From Candidatus Eiseniibacteriota bacterium (GTDB lineage Bacteria > Eisenbacteria > RBG-16-71-46), in the NCBI GenBank assembly GCA_044223005.1, contig JBGAML010000002.1, positions 160,001 to 224,000 of the forward strand: a DNA stretch of 64,000 bases, in the 5' to 3' direction. Made by a program: the position numbers and the translations under genes. Below the pieces are notes generated by a model. The model had not been told where the DNA came from and did no database searches. It saw nothing but the letters and a program-made list of their open reading frames with translations. Positions 48,417-58,449 of this stretch are shown in pieces (the stretch's first letter is position 1; each line of letters starts with the position of its first letter).

Positions 48417-49208
48417 TCACCGGACCCGCTTCATGTTCTGTTCTGAGAAGAACGAGTCGGCGATCGGCTCGTCGAATAGGGCCGCCTGGTACGTGAGGAC
48501 GGTCCGGTTGCCCGGCTTGTCCATCGGGGACATCTCGAGGACCGTCGGCAGGAGGCGTCCACCGATCGTTCGGACCGCGGACGATCGCATCACGTCGACG
48601 AGCACGCCGTCCTCGTCGTAGTACTCGCGACGCAGCTCGAGATCGCCCCGCTTGTCGATCCAGACCAGCACCTTGCCCCACACCACCGCCGATTCCGGCC
48701 GGGGTAGCAGGAGGATCTTCCAGCATGCGCGCCCATCCAGCGTCGAGTCCCCGGTGATGGTCTGGGTGTAGTCGCTCACGATCGACGACTCCTTCACGAG
48801 GTCGTCGTTGGCGAAGTCCGAGCCCATCCAGGACTGCGACATCATCGAGGGCGGGATCTTGATCACGCGCTCCACACCCGGGACCCAGCTCCACACGTCG
48901 TGGCCGCGCTTGAGGAAGGTCGTGCCCCGGTCGCGTGCGGGCGCCGTGACCAGGATCAGCGATCGATCGCTGCCCTTGCTCCAGCTCTTCATCGCGATCG
49001 TGCGCGACCAGCCGGGACGAACGAGCGTCATGGTCAGCTCCGAGTAGCTCGTGCGCCCCCGCAGGTGCTCCTCCGCGCGCCGGACGATCTCGGTGGCGTC
49101 GGGCGTCTCCGCGGCGTGTGCCGGGAGCAGCGTGGCGGCGACGACCGCGCAGGAGATCGCGAGGGCCGGAAGCCGGTCGACGATCGAATGCAGGACGATC
49201 GGGGTCAT
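48417..49208 (-). CDS. Outer-membrane lipoprotein-sorting (LolA-like) periplasmic protein
   Basis: PARDRGTTFLK, IPPSMMSQSWMGSDF..DD, FFSEQNMK. Confidence 0.88.
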   Translation of the reverse strand: MTPIVLHSIVDRLPALAISCAVVAATLLPAHAAETPDATEIVRRAEEHLRGRTSYSELTMTLVRPGWSRTIAMKSWSKGSDRSLILVTAPARDRGTTFLKRGHDVWSWVPGVERVIKIPPSMMSQSWMGSDFANDDLVKESSIVSDYTQTITGDSTLDGRACWKILLLPRPESAVVWGKVLVWIDKRGDLELRREYYDEDGVLVDVMRSSAVRTIGGRLLPTVLEMSPMDKPGNRTVLTYQAALFDEPIADSFFSEQNMKRVR

Positions 49209-49254
49209 GGGATGTGCCTCCAGCGCCGGACCGCCCGCGTGCGGGCCAGCCGGT

Positions 49255-49902
49255 TCATCGGTGGGCTTCCTTTCGTCCTCCCGGTCCGCGCCCGGTGCCG
49301 CGGCGGGGAACGGCCAGCATCGCCTCGAGCGGACCGGCGACCTGCATCACGTCGAGCGTCGAGTCCACCAGGCGGTGGAACAGCAGGCCGTCCAGGGCCG
49401 CAGCGAGCAGGATCGACGTGGCGGGCAGGTCGAGCGCCGGATCGAGTTCGCCCGTCTCGCGCGCGGCCCGCAGCCGGTCGAGGATGACTCCGCGGAAACG
49501 CCGGGACGCCCGGGTGGCCCACCGTCGAAACGAAGCGTTCTGCGTCGCCTTCACCATCGCTTCGGCGAGGATGGTGGAGCCCGGGGCGTCCTCTCCGTGG
49601 CGATCGATCCACCGCAGGATCGCCCGGATCGAGTCACGGATCGTCTCGCCCGAGCGAAAGGCTTCGATCGCCGGGCCCAGGGTCCGCAGGAGCGCGTCCT
49701 GGGCCGCTTCCATGACCAGCGCCGACACCGAGCCGAAGTGGTAGTGCACCAGGGCCGGGTTCACGCCGGCGCGTTCGGCGATCGAACGCGTGCGGACGCG
49801 GTCGACGCCGACTTCGGCCATCAGCTCGACCGCCGCGTGGAGCAGGCGTTCCCGGGTGGCATTCGAGTTCGCGTTCCGGACCTTCTTCCGCGAGTTGATC
49901 AT
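49255..49902 (-). CDS. TetR/AcrR family regulator heading the ABC operon
   Basis: TRERLLHAA.EL....G....TRSIAERAGVNPALVHYHFGS. Confidence 0.9.
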   Translation of the reverse strand: MINSRKKVRNANSNATRERLLHAAVELMAEVGVDRVRTRSIAERAGVNPALVHYHFGSVSALVMEAAQDALLRTLGPAIEAFRSGETIRDSIRAILRWIDRHGEDAPGSTILAEAMVKATQNASFRRWATRASRRFRGVILDRLRAARETGELDPALDLPATSILLAAALDGLLFHRLVDSTLDVMQVAGPLEAMLAVPRRGTGRGPGGRKEAHR

Positions 49903-49939
49903 ATGCCCAAAACATATGCCCAACTCGGAGGACGGTCAA
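49892..49939 (-). promoter_or_regulatory. Promoter and probable autoregulatory operator
   Basis: Minus strand TTGACC-N17-TATGTT, 8 nt before the ATG; overlapped by GAGTTG..CATATG-N7-CATATG..CAACTC. Confidence 0.7.
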
Positions 49940-49986
49940 TCCCGGATGTGGCGAAGGACCGGTGAATCGGAGCGGAGAATCGCCGG

Positions 49987-50571
49987 TCAGTTCGGCCCGA
50001 GCGCCCGGCCCGCATCGGTCAGGAGCCCGTGCGCCGTGACTTCGGTCATGCCGCCGGCGAGCGTCGTCGACTGGCCGCCCGCCTCGGCGCAGAGCATCCA
50101 CGACACGAGGCCCGCCTTGTAGCGGTTGGCCATCCGGTCGTTCTGCGCCCCCGCTGCCATGCCGGAGTAGACGGTGCCGGTGTTCGCGATCGTCGCTTCC
50201 TGGATATCGGGAATGCCGTTTCGCAGGATCAGCCGGTGGATCGACGCACGGGGGATCCTCGAGCCGCCGGCGCCCTCGATGCCTTCGGGCGAGACCACGA
50301 ACGTGCCGCCGGGCGAGCGGACCTTGTCGACCTTCGAGGCGAACCACCGATTGGTCCCGCGGTAGACGAACCGCGCTCCGAATCCCATGATCGCCAGCCG
50401 GATCACGAGCCCGAAGAAGCCCATGTCGCGGGTGAACGAGGCGAAGACCACGAGCACGAAGATGCCGGCGAGCACCGCGGGCGCGCCGCTGGCCCTGGGG
50501 GCGGACGCGGGCGTGACCGTGAATCGCACCCGGCCGCCGCCGAGGTCTTCCTGCTGGTAGCTGCTGTCCAT
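49987..50571 (-). CDS. Hypothetical membrane protein (2 TM + soluble domain)
   Basis: SD GGAGG, coding-like codon pattern, two hydrophobic segments; family not recognised. Confidence 0.7.
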   Translation of the reverse strand: MDSSYQQEDLGGGRVRFTVTPASAPRASGAPAVLAGIFVLVVFASFTRDMGFFGLVIRLAIMGFGARFVYRGTNRWFASKVDKVRSPGGTFVVSPEGIEGAGGSRIPRASIHRLILRNGIPDIQEATIANTGTVYSGMAAGAQNDRMANRYKAGLVSWMLCAEAGGQSTTLAGGMTEVTAHGLLTDAGRALGPN

Positions 50572-50754
50572 GACGATCCTCCGAGAGGGTGTGGGGTGGT
50601 CGGGACTCGGGGCGCCTGCAACTCCTTTCCCTTATTGCGCGGAAACCGTCCGAAGACCGTCATTCGATCCGCGGGGGCGGAGGAAGTCCGGCGGCGGAGG
50701 CGTCGGCGCGGGCGTCCGGGACGCGTGGGGCGACGCGCCTCCTGCGGGCGCCGG

Positions 50755-51999
50755 CTACGCCGGAGAGGAGGTCAGCCGCTTCGCCAGCGGCCCGACGGTG
50801 AGCCCCTGCACCACGATCGAGAACGCGACGACGATGTAGGTCACGGTCACGAGCAGGTCGCTGTGGCTGCCCCGGGGCAGGGAGAGTGCGAGTGCCACCG
50901 AGATGCCCCCCCGCAGTCCGCTCCACGTCAGGAACTTGATCGCGTGCGGGCCCACGGAGCGTCGCAGGCCCCGCAGCGAGGCGATCGGCACGCCCACGCT
51001 GATCGCGCGCGCGAGCAGGATCAGCGGGATCAGCAGCAGGCCGGCGACGATGTACCGCGAGGCGAGGTCCAGCACGACCACTTCGACGCCGATCAGCACG
51101 AAGAGTATCGCGTTGAGGAAGTCGTCGATGATCTCCCAGAACGCGTCCAGGCGCTGCTGCGTGCGCGGGGACATGGCCGACGTGCGGCCCGCACTGCCCA
51201 CCAGGAGTCCCGCGACCACCATGGCCAGCGGGCCGGAAACCTGCAGGCGCTGCGCGAGTGCGTAGCCGCCCGTGACGAGGGCGAGCGTGAGCAGGATCTC
51301 CACCTGGTACTGGTCGACGCTCTTGAGCATTCGGTACGCGACGAAGCCGACCACGAGTCCGTAGAGCACGCCCCCCAGCGCCTGCTGGACGAGCAGGTGC
51401 GCCACGTGGGCGAACGAGACCGGTTCACCGGCGGTCACCAGTCGCAGGACGACCAGGAACACGACGACGCCGAACCCGTCGTTGAACAGCGATTCGCCGG
51501 TGAGCTTGACGCTCAACGACCGCGGCACGCCCGCCTGCCGGAGCGTCGCGGCCACGGCGATGGGATCGGTCGGGGAGATCAGCGCGCCGAAAAGCAGGCA
51601 GTGGAGGAAGGGGACCCCCAGGCCGAGTGCGTGGAAGACCGCCCACGACGCGCCGCCGACGATCAGCGTGGACAGCACGACGCTGCCGGTCGCGAGCAGC
51701 AGGATCGCCCAGCGGTGCGTGTAGAGGTCGTCGAGTTCGAGGTGGATGGATCCCGCGAAGAGCAGCGCCCCGAGCATGCCGTCCAGGAGCACGGCGTGGA
51801 AATCGAAGTTCCGGACCACGGGGACGAGGGGGTCCGCGTGGAACAGGCCCGACGCGTGCAGGGCGACCATGACGAGCGAGCCGAGCATGGCGATCACCAT
51901 GAGCCCGATCGTCGTCGGCAGCCGGACCCAGCGATGGTTCACCCAGCTGAACACGGCGGCCAGCGTGGTGATCGCGGCGAAGATCTCGAACGGCGTCAT
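50755..51999 (-). CDS. Na+/H+ antiporter, CPA1/NhaP family
   Basis: LISPTDPIAV, GESLFNDG, W.GLRGGISVALAL, VQGLT. Confidence 0.92.
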   Translation of the reverse strand: MTPFEIFAAITTLAAVFSWVNHRWVRLPTTIGLMVIAMLGSLVMVALHASGLFHADPLVPVVRNFDFHAVLLDGMLGALLFAGSIHLELDDLYTHRWAILLLATGSVVLSTLIVGGASWAVFHALGLGVPFLHCLLFGALISPTDPIAVAATLRQAGVPRSLSVKLTGESLFNDGFGVVVFLVVLRLVTAGEPVSFAHVAHLLVQQALGGVLYGLVVGFVAYRMLKSVDQYQVEILLTLALVTGGYALAQRLQVSGPLAMVVAGLLVGSAGRTSAMSPRTQQRLDAFWEIIDDFLNAILFVLIGVEVVVLDLASRYIVAGLLLIPLILLARAISVGVPIASLRGLRRSVGPHAIKFLTWSGLRGGISVALALSLPRGSHSDLLVTVTYIVVAFSIVVQGLTVGPLAKRLTSSPA

Positions 52000-52015
52000 G
52001 GGTGCCGGAACTCCG

Positions 52016-53896
52016 TCATGGCGTCGCGACTCCGTCCCGGGGGGCGGAGCCCTCCCCGAGCCGGCCCCGCGCGTATGCCGCGATGATGTCGCGGCGGGAC
52101 AGGATCCCGAGCACGCGTCCGGGGTCGGAGGGCTCCACGACGGGCAGTTCCTCGACATCGAGCGCCATCATGCGTTGGAGGGCACGGTCGAGGTCGTCGT
52201 CGGGCGAGAGCGAGGATCTCGCCCGGCTCGCCAGGTCGTGCGCGATGGCCGGCCCGCGCTCGTCCCTGTCGTCGAGAAACTGGCGCACCTGGGCGAGCGT
52301 GATCAGGCCGGTCATCATGCCGGCGGAATCGACCACGGGGAAGCAGTGCTGGGACGACGTCATGCAGCTCTGCACGACTTCGCTCATGGAGGCCGTCTCG
52401 GGGATGGAGTGCATCGGCCGGTTTCCGAGCACCGCCCCGACGCGGAGCGATTTGAGCAGGCCGCCGAAGATGGCGCCGCGATGGGCGGGGGAGTCGAGGC
52501 GGCTCGCGACCTGGCTCCGGTACAGCGTCCAGCGCCGCGCGATCAGGTACGAGATCGCACACACCCACAGCGACGGCAGCAGGAGCTGGTAGTTCCCCGT
52601 CATCTCCGAGACCATGACGAGCGTCGAAATGGGGGTGTTCGCCGCGGCGGCGAAGAAGCCCGCCATTCCCACGGCCACGTAGGCGCCCGGCTGCGTCACG
52701 ACGTGCGGGAACCACTGGTGCGCGAGCAGTCCGACGGCGCCTCCCAGCGCGCCTCCGATCACCATGGACGGCCCGAAGACGCCGCCCGAACCTCCCGAGC
52801 CGATCGAGAGCGAGGTCGTGAGGATCTTGCCTCCCGCGAGCACGAGCAGGACGACCAGCGGGAGTTCGCCTCGAAGCGCGTGCTGGATCGAGCCGTATCC
52901 GAACGAGAGCACGTCCAGTGTCCTCACGTCGCGAACGCCGTAGTAGGCCGCGAGCGCGAGGCTGCCGGTGAGGACGCCGCCGATCATGGGCTTGAGGGCC
53001 CTGGGCAGCGCGAGCCGCTCGAAGGCCGCATGCGTGCCGTAGAACACCTTCACGAAGAGTCCCGACGCCAGCGCCACGACGATCGCGAGAACGGTGTAGG
53101 GAAGCAGCTCGCCGGCGGAGTGGAACGCGAAACGGGGCGTGTCGAACAGCGCACCGAACCCGAACTTCAGCGAGAACACGCAGTACGCGACGATGGTCGA
53201 GATGGCGGCGGGAATGATGGTGTCGGGTTCGAACTCGGGATCGGAGTAGAGCACTTCGGCGGCGAACAGCGCGCCGGCCAGCGGGGCGCGGAAGATGCTC
53301 CCCACTCCGGCGCCGACGCCGGCGGCGAGCAGGATCCGTCGCTCGCGCTCGCTCAGGCCCAACCGGGTCGCGAGGAAGGATCCGAAGCCGGCGCCGATCT
53401 GCGCGATCGGGCCCTCGCGCCCGCCAGAACCGCCGGAGCCGAGCGTCAGCGCGGACGCGATGGTCTTGACGATCGGAACGCGGCCGCGGATGACGCCGCC
53501 GCGGCGGTGGAACGCGTCCACGGCCTCGTCGGTGCCGTGACCCGCGGCCTCGGGTGCGAAGCGCTGCACGATGAGGCCCGTGAGCAGGCCACCCACTCCG
53601 GCGACGATCGGCAGCATCCACGGATGGAATGCGGAAGTGGACGGGTGGACCAGCACCGCCTCGCCCGCGGGACCTTCCATGCGCAATCCCGCCAGCTGAT
53701 CGAGGAACAGCCGCGACCCGTACTGGCAGAGGTACTGGAAGACGATCGCCCCCAGGCCCGCCACGATCCCGACCAGCGAACTCAGCGCGACGGTTCGGCC
53801 CACGGAGTGCAGCTCGAGCTGCCGCGCCTCACGGGCGATGCGACGAATCGGACTCACGTTCGACCTTTCGATGGCTTGGACCGCGTGGGGCGCCAC
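52016..53896 (-). CDS. ClC chloride channel/antiporter with CBS pair
   Basis: GHGTD, GREGP, FRAPLAG, GGVFGPS; C-terminal CBS (FPVVD, LPVV..GILSRRDI). Confidence 0.92.
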   Translation of the reverse strand: MAPHAVQAIERSNVSPIRRIAREARQLELHSVGRTVALSSLVGIVAGLGAIVFQYLCQYGSRLFLDQLAGLRMEGPAGEAVLVHPSTSAFHPWMLPIVAGVGGLLTGLIVQRFAPEAAGHGTDEAVDAFHRRGGVIRGRVPIVKTIASALTLGSGGSGGREGPIAQIGAGFGSFLATRLGLSERERRILLAAGVGAGVGSIFRAPLAGALFAAEVLYSDPEFEPDTIIPAAISTIVAYCVFSLKFGFGALFDTPRFAFHSAGELLPYTVLAIVVALASGLFVKVFYGTHAAFERLALPRALKPMIGGVLTGSLALAAYYGVRDVRTLDVLSFGYGSIQHALRGELPLVVLLVLAGGKILTTSLSIGSGGSGGVFGPSMVIGGALGGAVGLLAHQWFPHVVTQPGAYVAVGMAGFFAAAANTPISTLVMVSEMTGNYQLLLPSLWVCAISYLIARRWTLYRSQVASRLDSPAHRGAIFGGLLKSLRVGAVLGNRPMHSIPETASMSEVVQSCMTSSQHCFPVVDSAGMMTGLITLAQVRQFLDDRDERGPAIAHDLASRARSSLSPDDDLDRALQRMMALDVEELPVVEPSDPGRVLGILSRRDIIAAYARGRLGEGSAPRDGVATP

Positions 53897-53959
53897 GCCC
53901 GGCGGGCATCGCCCGAGGGCCCCCGTGAACGCGGCGCGCCTGCGCCGTCCCGCGGCGAA

Positions 53960-55213
53960 TCAGGCCGCGACCATTCCCGCGGACTCCTTCAACAGGTGGG
54001 CGAAGATGGCCAGGTAGTCCCGCGTTTCCCGCGGGTGGAGGAAGTTGTCCCGGACGTGCTCGCGTCCCTCGCGCCCGAGCCGGCGCCGAAGCGAGCCGTC
54101 CCGCAGCAGCCGCACCACCTGCAGCGCGCAGCCCTCCACCGAGCGCACGAGCAGGCCGGTGCGTTCGTGCATCACCTGCAGCGGGATGCCACCGACCGCG
54201 CTGGCCACCACGGCCCGGCGCTTCCACAGCGCCTCGGACACGGTGAGCGCGAAACCTTCGCGCAGCGACTTCTGGAGCACGACCGCCGACTGGCGCTGCA
54301 GCGCGTTGATGACGAGGTGCGCGTCGGGGGGCAGCGAAAGGAGCGTGATGTCGCGGCGGCCATTCGCGCGCGCCCGGGCTTCGGCCAGGACGGCGGCGCC
54401 TTCGGGGTCGTCGTCCGCGGTGCCGCCCGCGAGGACGAGGTGCGCCTTCTCGCGCCGTCGGGCGAGCAGGAAAGCGTCGATCACGCCGACGGGGTCCTTG
54501 AGTCGGTCGAAGCGCGAGACCTGGGTCACCAGCTGCGTGTCCGCGGGCAGGTCGAAGGGCGCGAGCAGCGCCTCGATCTCGGCGTCGGACAGCTCGCGGT
54601 TCTTGTCCGAGAGCGGATCGATCGACGGAGGCGCCAGGAACCCCGGCGTGGACAGCGGCGGCACGAACGACACGTGCGAGAACACGGCGGCGTCGTAGTG
54701 CTCGATCCGTGGAACGACGAAATCGAGCACGTCCGGATTGGCCTGCGACAGGTCGATGTGGCAGCGCCACAGCCAGCGCTGGCCCGGCGCCCGGCGCAGG
54801 TCGGCGAGGCCGATGGGCTGGGGATCGTGGATCAGCACCAGGTCGCCATCGAGCGCCAGCTCCGAGGCCGCGCGCCGGTTGGTCTCGAGAAAGTACTCGC
54901 GGTCCTCGGCGGTCAGCGCGCCGGGTGCTCCGTGCAGCGCGTTGTGGATCGTCTTGGTGATCTCGTAGAAGCGCGGATCGCCCGGCATCACTTCCCAACT
55001 GGTCGGGATGCCCAGCTCGTTCAGGAGCGGGACCATGCGATGGAGGATCTCGGCCACGCCGCCGCCCGTGGACGTCGAGTTGACCATCACGATGCGGTGT
55101 CCCCTCAGCGATCGCGCCAACGCCTCCAGCGAGCGCATCGCCCCGTCGCCGATGACCGCTCGATAACCGTCCACCAGCGATGCGCCGCCGGTGCTGGTGC
55201 GGACGAGCGTCAC
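53960..55213 (-). CDS. treT: GT4 glycosyltransferase, trehalose synthase TreT-like
   Basis: NST.TGGGVAEIL, IHDPQP, WRCHID, QVSRFDRLKDP, EGFALTVSEA; GTGA overlap with the upstream gene. Confidence 0.85.
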   Translation of the reverse strand: MTLVRTSTGGASLVDGYRAVIGDGAMRSLEALARSLRGHRIVMVNSTSTGGGVAEILHRMVPLLNELGIPTSWEVMPGDPRFYEITKTIHNALHGAPGALTAEDREYFLETNRRAASELALDGDLVLIHDPQPIGLADLRRAPGQRWLWRCHIDLSQANPDVLDFVVPRIEHYDAAVFSHVSFVPPLSTPGFLAPPSIDPLSDKNRELSDAEIEALLAPFDLPADTQLVTQVSRFDRLKDPVGVIDAFLLARRREKAHLVLAGGTADDDPEGAAVLAEARARANGRRDITLLSLPPDAHLVINALQRQSAVVLQKSLREGFALTVSEALWKRRAVVASAVGGIPLQVMHERTGLLVRSVEGCALQVVRLLRDGSLRRRLGREGREHVRDNFLHPRETRDYLAIFAHLLKESAGMVAA

Positions 55214-55965
55214 GACGCACCTCCGGATCGGGAGCGCCGGAGCAGCCGTTCCATGGCCCGCCGGCCGGCCTCGCGCCGGGCGTCCTCCGGAACCGCGGCC
55301 GCTTCGGCCAGGCGCCGGCCGATCAGGCTCTGGCGCCAGCGTTTCAGCAGCCGGCCCCGGGCCTTGTCGATCGGCAGGCCGGTGTGTGCGGACTCCTCGA
55401 GCCAGCGCGCGAGCTGCGGGTGATCGTTCTGCACCAGCCACTCGAGCAGTGGCGCATGGCCGGACAGGAGGAACGGCTGCTCGATCAGGTGGAAGAACCA
55501 GACCCCCGCGTCCAGCGACATCAGGGCGGTGACCAGTTCGCCCGCATCCTGCACCTCCACTCCGGCCGCGAAGCTCAAGGAGGTGGCCGACAGGAAGAGG
55601 AAGGCGCTGCCTTCGGGCGCGTCGCGTTCGATGCGCCGTTTCGCCGGCAGGGCCTCCAGCACGGAGACGATCGCGCGCCGGAGTGCCTCGGGGGTGGCGT
55701 GCCCGCCCTGCACTTCGAACGACAGGCGCTCGGCGGTCTCGGCGTCCTGCACCACGCCCCCGATCCATGACGAGAAGTCGTCCGGAGCGAGTTCCTCGGC
55801 GCCGGGATGACGCAGTTGGTGCTGGATGGCGTGCCGGAACAGCACCTCGACCGGAGCCGAGGCGATGCCATGCAGCAACTGCTCGAGATCCCGTGCCGGC
55901 GATCCCCATGGCCGGACGAGGTGCGCGACGCCGCGCAGCTCGAATGTCGTGACCGCAGGCATCAC
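55210..55965 (-). CDS. DUF5752-like protein
   Basis: A.DL..L..GI......LF.H, DDFS.W, AERL, F.F motifs; lies directly upstream of treT. Confidence 0.7.
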   Translation of the reverse strand: MMPAVTTFELRGVAHLVRPWGSPARDLEQLLHGIASAPVEVLFRHAIQHQLRHPGAEELAPDDFSSWIGGVVQDAETAERLSFEVQGGHATPEALRRAIVSVLEALPAKRRIERDAPEGSAFLFLSATSLSFAAGVEVQDAGELVTALMSLDAGVWFFHLIEQPFLLSGHAPLLEWLVQNDHPQLARWLEESAHTGLPIDKARGRLLKRWRQSLIGRRLAEAAAVPEDARREAGRRAMERLLRRSRSGGAS

Positions 55966-56666
55966 ACGGGCCTCTTCGGTCCCTCGTCCTCGAGCGACCG
56001 CAGGTACTCGACCAGGAAATCGCGGGCCAGATCGCGACAACCCAGCCCGAAGGCCAGCGCGAGCCCCAGTCCCGTGGCCGCCACGGCCACGATGCCGACC
56101 GCCATCACGAACTGCGCCGCGAAGCCGAGCTGTTCGAGCGCCAGCAACGCGGCGAACCCGGTGAGGACGGCCGACACGACCTGTCCTTGGAATCGGGCCG
56201 CGCGGATGTCCGCCGACTCGAGGAATCGCCGGACGACGCTCCCGATGAGCAGCGCGATCAGCGATCCGACCGCGAACAGGACCGCGGACGTCACGATGCG
56301 GGGCACCACTTCGCCGAGACGCGCCGCGACGGAGCTCGCCAGGCTGAAGCCCAGCACCTCGAGCGCCAGCATCACGGCCCCGGCCATCACGAGCCAGTAG
56401 ATGATCCAGCCGGCCACCCCCGCGGGCTCGTGCCGCGCGGTGCTCCGGGTGCCGAGCACGCGGCGAATCCCCTCGTTGAATCGCGCGGCCCGCAGGACGC
56501 CTCGCACCACGCCGGACACCAGCGCCGACACGGCCCAGCCCAGGAGCAGGACGACGACGGCGACGAGCACGTTGGCCGCACCCTGGCCGGAAGCGCGTCC
56601 GAGTTCGCCGAGCCGCGAGAGCAGGCTCGACCAGGGTTCGGCGTCGAAGAGCATCAGGTTCAGCAT
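55962..56666 (-). CDS. MscS-associated TM-helix repeat membrane protein
   Basis: Two repeats (P/A.VLVAVVVLLLGW; PRIVTSAVLF..G), ALEQLG, LALAFGLG.RD.A. Confidence 0.78.
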   Translation of the reverse strand: MLNLMLFDAEPWSSLLSRLGELGRASGQGAANVLVAVVVLLLGWAVSALVSGVVRGVLRAARFNEGIRRVLGTRSTARHEPAGVAGWIIYWLVMAGAVMLALEVLGFSLASSVAARLGEVVPRIVTSAVLFAVGSLIALLIGSVVRRFLESADIRAARFQGQVVSAVLTGFAALLALEQLGFAAQFVMAVGIVAVAATGLGLALAFGLGCRDLARDFLVEYLRSLEDEGPKRPV

Positions 56667-56693
56667 GTCATCACCTCCAGAGACCGTCCGGCG

Positions 56694-58301
56694 TCAGCCG
56701 GACGCGGGCCCGGTGGCCGGGGCCGTGCCGGCCGAGGCTTCCCGGGTCGGGGTTCGGAGATCCAGGCCCACGAGCGTGTCGAGGATCTCGAGCGTCCAGT
56801 CGAATACGTTTCGTCGCATCACGATCTCGCGCAGGGCGGCCATGCGCTGGCGGCGTGACTCGGCGGGCTCGGAAAGCGCCGCGTGGTAGGCGTCGGCCAG
56901 ACCCTCGCGATCGTAGGGCGATGCGATCCAGGCCCGCTCGAGCTCGCGTGCCGCACCGGTGAAGGGCGAGAGCACGAGCGAGCCCTCGAGGTCCGTCGAT
57001 GCGGCGAGGTATTCCTTCGCCACGAGATTCATGCCGTCGTGCAGCGAGGTGACCGCGCAGAGGTCGGCGATCCGGTAGTAGGGAACCAGTTCGCGGAAGT
57101 CGAGGTTCGCCTCGATCAGGGGCACGGTGGGACCCGCCATCCGGGGGTAGCGACGATTGATGCGATCGGCCCAGCGGTGCACCCGGATCTGGACGTTGCG
57201 GTATTCCCGCAGTTCGATGCGGGAGGGCACCCCGATCTGGATGAAGGCGAATCGCCCCTGCCAGCCGGGATACTTCTCGAACATCCGCTCGAGCGCCTCG
57301 AAGCGATCGGGGATGCCCTTGGTGTAGTCGAGCCGGTCGACGCCGAGGCCGATCTTGCACCCCTGGAGCCCGAGCTCCTCGCGGATGCGCGCTTCGGCGC
57401 GCCGCGTCTCGGGACTTTCGGCGAGTGCGGCGATCTCGTCCGCATCGACGCTGATGGCGAACGGATGCACCCACGTGCGCTGCCCGACGCGATCGACGGC
57501 CAGCCGTTCCAGGTCCACCCGCGCCTCGAGCGTCTCCGCCACCGTATCGAGGAAGTTGATCGCGTGGCGCCGGATGTGGAATCCGATCAGGTCGTTCGCG
57601 AGCATCCCTTCCAGGAGTTCCTGCTTCCACGGCAGCACGCGGAACACCTCGGGATTCGGCCACGGAATGTGCCAGAACATCGCCACCTGCAGATCGGGCC
57701 GGCGCTCCTTGATGAACCTGGCCGCGAGGGCCATGTGGTAGTCCTGGATGAAGACCATCGCGGGCTCGTCGCCGACTTCCTCGAGCACGGCATCCGCGAA
57801 CCGACGATTCACGTCCCGGTAGGAGTCGAAGTCGGACAGGCGGAACCGTGGGCGCACGTACACCACGTGGCACAGCGGCCACAGGGCGCTGTTGGCGAAG
57901 CCCGAGTAGTAGCGATCGTGGTCCTCGTGCGACAGCCACAGCCGGCGCAACGCGTAGCGGGAGTGCTCCGGCGGGCATGCGATCTTGTCGCGCGCATCCA
58001 CGACTTCGCGGTCGGCGTCTCCGCTGCCGTGGGCGACCCAGACGCCGCCCAGCGCCTGCATGACGGCATCGAGCGCGACGGTCAGGCCGCCGGCATTGCG
58101 CACGACGCGGATGCTCCCGCCCTCGTGCTGATGCGAGTAGGGCTCCCGGTTGGAGACGACCACCATCTTGCGCCCGGGGAGGTGCGCCCGGACCCACGCC
58201 ACGAGTGCCTCGCGCGTGGTGCGGGGTGGCCCCTCGCTGCGCTGCTGGGTGCGGATGGCGGCACGCTGAAGTGCGACGCGCGCACGATCTCCGATCTCCA
58301 T
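56694..58301 (-). CDS. otsA: Trehalose-6-phosphate synthase (GT20)
   Basis: VVSNREP, GGL..AL, YY.GFAN..LWPL.H, FWHIPWP, DRLDYTKGI, DGMNLVAKEY. Confidence 0.93.
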   Translation of the reverse strand: MEIGDRARVALQRAAIRTQQRSEGPPRTTREALVAWVRAHLPGRKMVVVSNREPYSHQHEGGSIRVVRNAGGLTVALDAVMQALGGVWVAHGSGDADREVVDARDKIACPPEHSRYALRRLWLSHEDHDRYYSGFANSALWPLCHVVYVRPRFRLSDFDSYRDVNRRFADAVLEEVGDEPAMVFIQDYHMALAARFIKERRPDLQVAMFWHIPWPNPEVFRVLPWKQELLEGMLANDLIGFHIRRHAINFLDTVAETLEARVDLERLAVDRVGQRTWVHPFAISVDADEIAALAESPETRRAEARIREELGLQGCKIGLGVDRLDYTKGIPDRFEALERMFEKYPGWQGRFAFIQIGVPSRIELREYRNVQIRVHRWADRINRRYPRMAGPTVPLIEANLDFRELVPYYRIADLCAVTSLHDGMNLVAKEYLAASTDLEGSLVLSPFTGAARELERAWIASPYDREGLADAYHAALSEPAESRRQRMAALREIVMRRNVFDWTLEILDTLVGLDLRTPTREASAGTAPATGPASG

Positions 58302-58409
58302 GGCTCACCTCCGGGATCCGCGCACCGCTCGGGCGATGCGGGCGAACGGGTCGACGGCACCATTCCGGACCCCCTGTGGGGTTGACGACACGTCCAGCAT
58401 AGTCAAATA

Positions 58410-58423
58410 TGACCGGGCGGTCA
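58410..58423. promoter_or_regulatory. TGACC-N4-GGTCA palindrome between divergent otsA and otsB
   Basis: TGACC-GGGC-GGTCA in an AT-richer patch; TTGACG at 58382. Confidence 0.7.
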
Positions 58424-58449
58424 ATTTTCACCGAAAGGGGGGGGCGAAG

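Noticed and set aside
50590..50612. Possible fourth att-like copy (GTGGGGTGGTCGGGAC)
   Set aside because: Needs gaps, matches are short and G-rich, and the QW.WS.G reading is not preserved.
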